Shown one piece after another: positions 62,950 to 64,000 of a stretch of DNA of 64,000 nucleotides (within the stretch, counting starts at the first letter, position 1; the number at the start of each line of letters is the position of its first letter). The DNA is from Sphaerodactylus townsendi. Its lineage: Eukaryota. Under the pieces are notes generated by a model that saw nothing but the letters and a program-made list of their open reading frames with translations, had not been told where the DNA came from and did not search any database. The translations under genes were made by a program, and so were the position numbers. The stretch spans positions 52,204,001-52,268,000 of the forward strand of contig NC_059435.1 of NCBI RefSeq assembly GCF_021028975.2, in the 5' to 3' direction.

Positions 62950-63960
62950 GCCTTTATTGGTATAGACAACAATACAACAATAGTAAAGAACTGATTTAAA
63001 AAAAACATAAATGTACAATGCAGGAAATAAATGTTAAGTGGAGGGAAATCTACTGGCGTTTAGTAATTTCCAGGCTGCCACTATCACACAGAGAGAAGGA
63101 TCAGGACTGTCCAGCAAGTAGTGTAATCTAAATAAATCAAGGAGATTGGGTAAGTGTAAAGGAGTAAGATTTACATACTTGGATCTGATTTTCTTAAATC
63201 TGGGACAGTGTAATAATTGGCGGGCCAGAGATTCAATTGAGCCAGCATTACACAGGCACAATCTTTTAGACTTTTCTTGCTTGTTAAATCTGCCACGTTA
63301 ACAAGACGGAAGGTACAACATTAAACCTGGTGAGCATTATGGCTCTCCTTTGAACCGGGTTTATTAAGCAATACAGGTAGTGTGGCAAGTGCCCTGTTCA
63401 AATGGGATAGAAAAATACAGGGGAGAGCAAGTTTTCTTGGCTGCAGTGATTAGGGTAGAGAACTCTCTGTCCAATTGTTGACCTTTTAATTTTGTATAAG
63501 CTTCTGAATAGGACAAAGGGCAGATTGAATCCACTGACAGTCCAATAGAAGCCATTTTTTCTTCAATTATGGAAAACCAGGGTGTCAGAGAGCAGGCGGT
63601 GGACCAGGGAATTACAGTCTGAGAGAAAATGAATTCGCAGTCAGAATCTAAAAGCCCTCAGCCAAGCGGCTGATTCCAAGGAGTTTTGACCTAACTCTAG
63701 TCTAGGCAAAGGGCTGTGTAGGGCACGCAATTCGGGAGTTCAGTTATCTTATGAAAAAATGTGAATTGAAGAGAATTCAAGAAGTGGTTAACAGCTTGAA
63801 TCCAAACTGGAACTCCATAAAGCAATCTCAAGGCAACTTTGGCATTGAAAAATTTGAGGGTATGATGAATAAAGGAATGGCCACAGCTGTAGAAGAAGCG
63901 AGGTAACACTGAAATACTGTTGGATGTGGCTAGGAGGGCGGCCTTCCTAGAAAACTAGCA
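62950..63960 (-). mobile_element. Non-LTR retrotransposon 3' fragment (same L2/Crack-like type as 22450)
   Basis: FNAKVALRLLYGVPVW..LPNCVPYTAL and LCLCNAGSIESLARQLLHCP, with AATAAA at the 3' end. Multiple stops. Confidence 0.75.
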
Positions 63961-63975
63961 TATAAAATGCAAGAC

Positions 63976-64000
63976 CAGAGGCGTAGCAAGGGGGAAAGCA
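63976..64000. mobile_element. Left end of a CAGAGGCGTAGC-type hAT element, running off the window
   Basis: Terminus matches the 20307 and 46251 families. Confidence 0.5.

Overview
Vertebrate genomic DNA; the repeat families point to a squamate reptile, probably a gecko. The whole window lies inside CDK14 (PFTK1/PFTAIRE-1) on the minus strand. It holds the 32-nt coding exon 2 (60942-60973), a ~60.2 kb intron 2, the 246-nt exon 3 (494-739) and the start of intron 3. Inside intron 2 is an internal promoter and alternative first exon (ATG at 19286, donor after 19218) matching the human MHGYFGCNAAAEPGYSAFVGTPQ N-terminus, but here it has an in-frame TAG, a weak Kozak context and a GC splice donor. 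The rest is a dense mix of transposable elements: Bov-B/RTE, CR1, L1, L2 and L2/Crack-like LINE fragments, tRNA-derived SINEs, Penelope-like terminal repeats with minimal hammerhead ribozyme motifs (one intact and sense to CDK14), three solo LTRs, a non-autonomous Helitron, and hAT and Harbinger MITEs with readable TSDs. There is also an apparently perfect 199-bp inverted repeat and a 145-N assembly gap. Most ORFs in the supplied track are spurious. Family names and human comparisons are from recalled sequences, not database searches.
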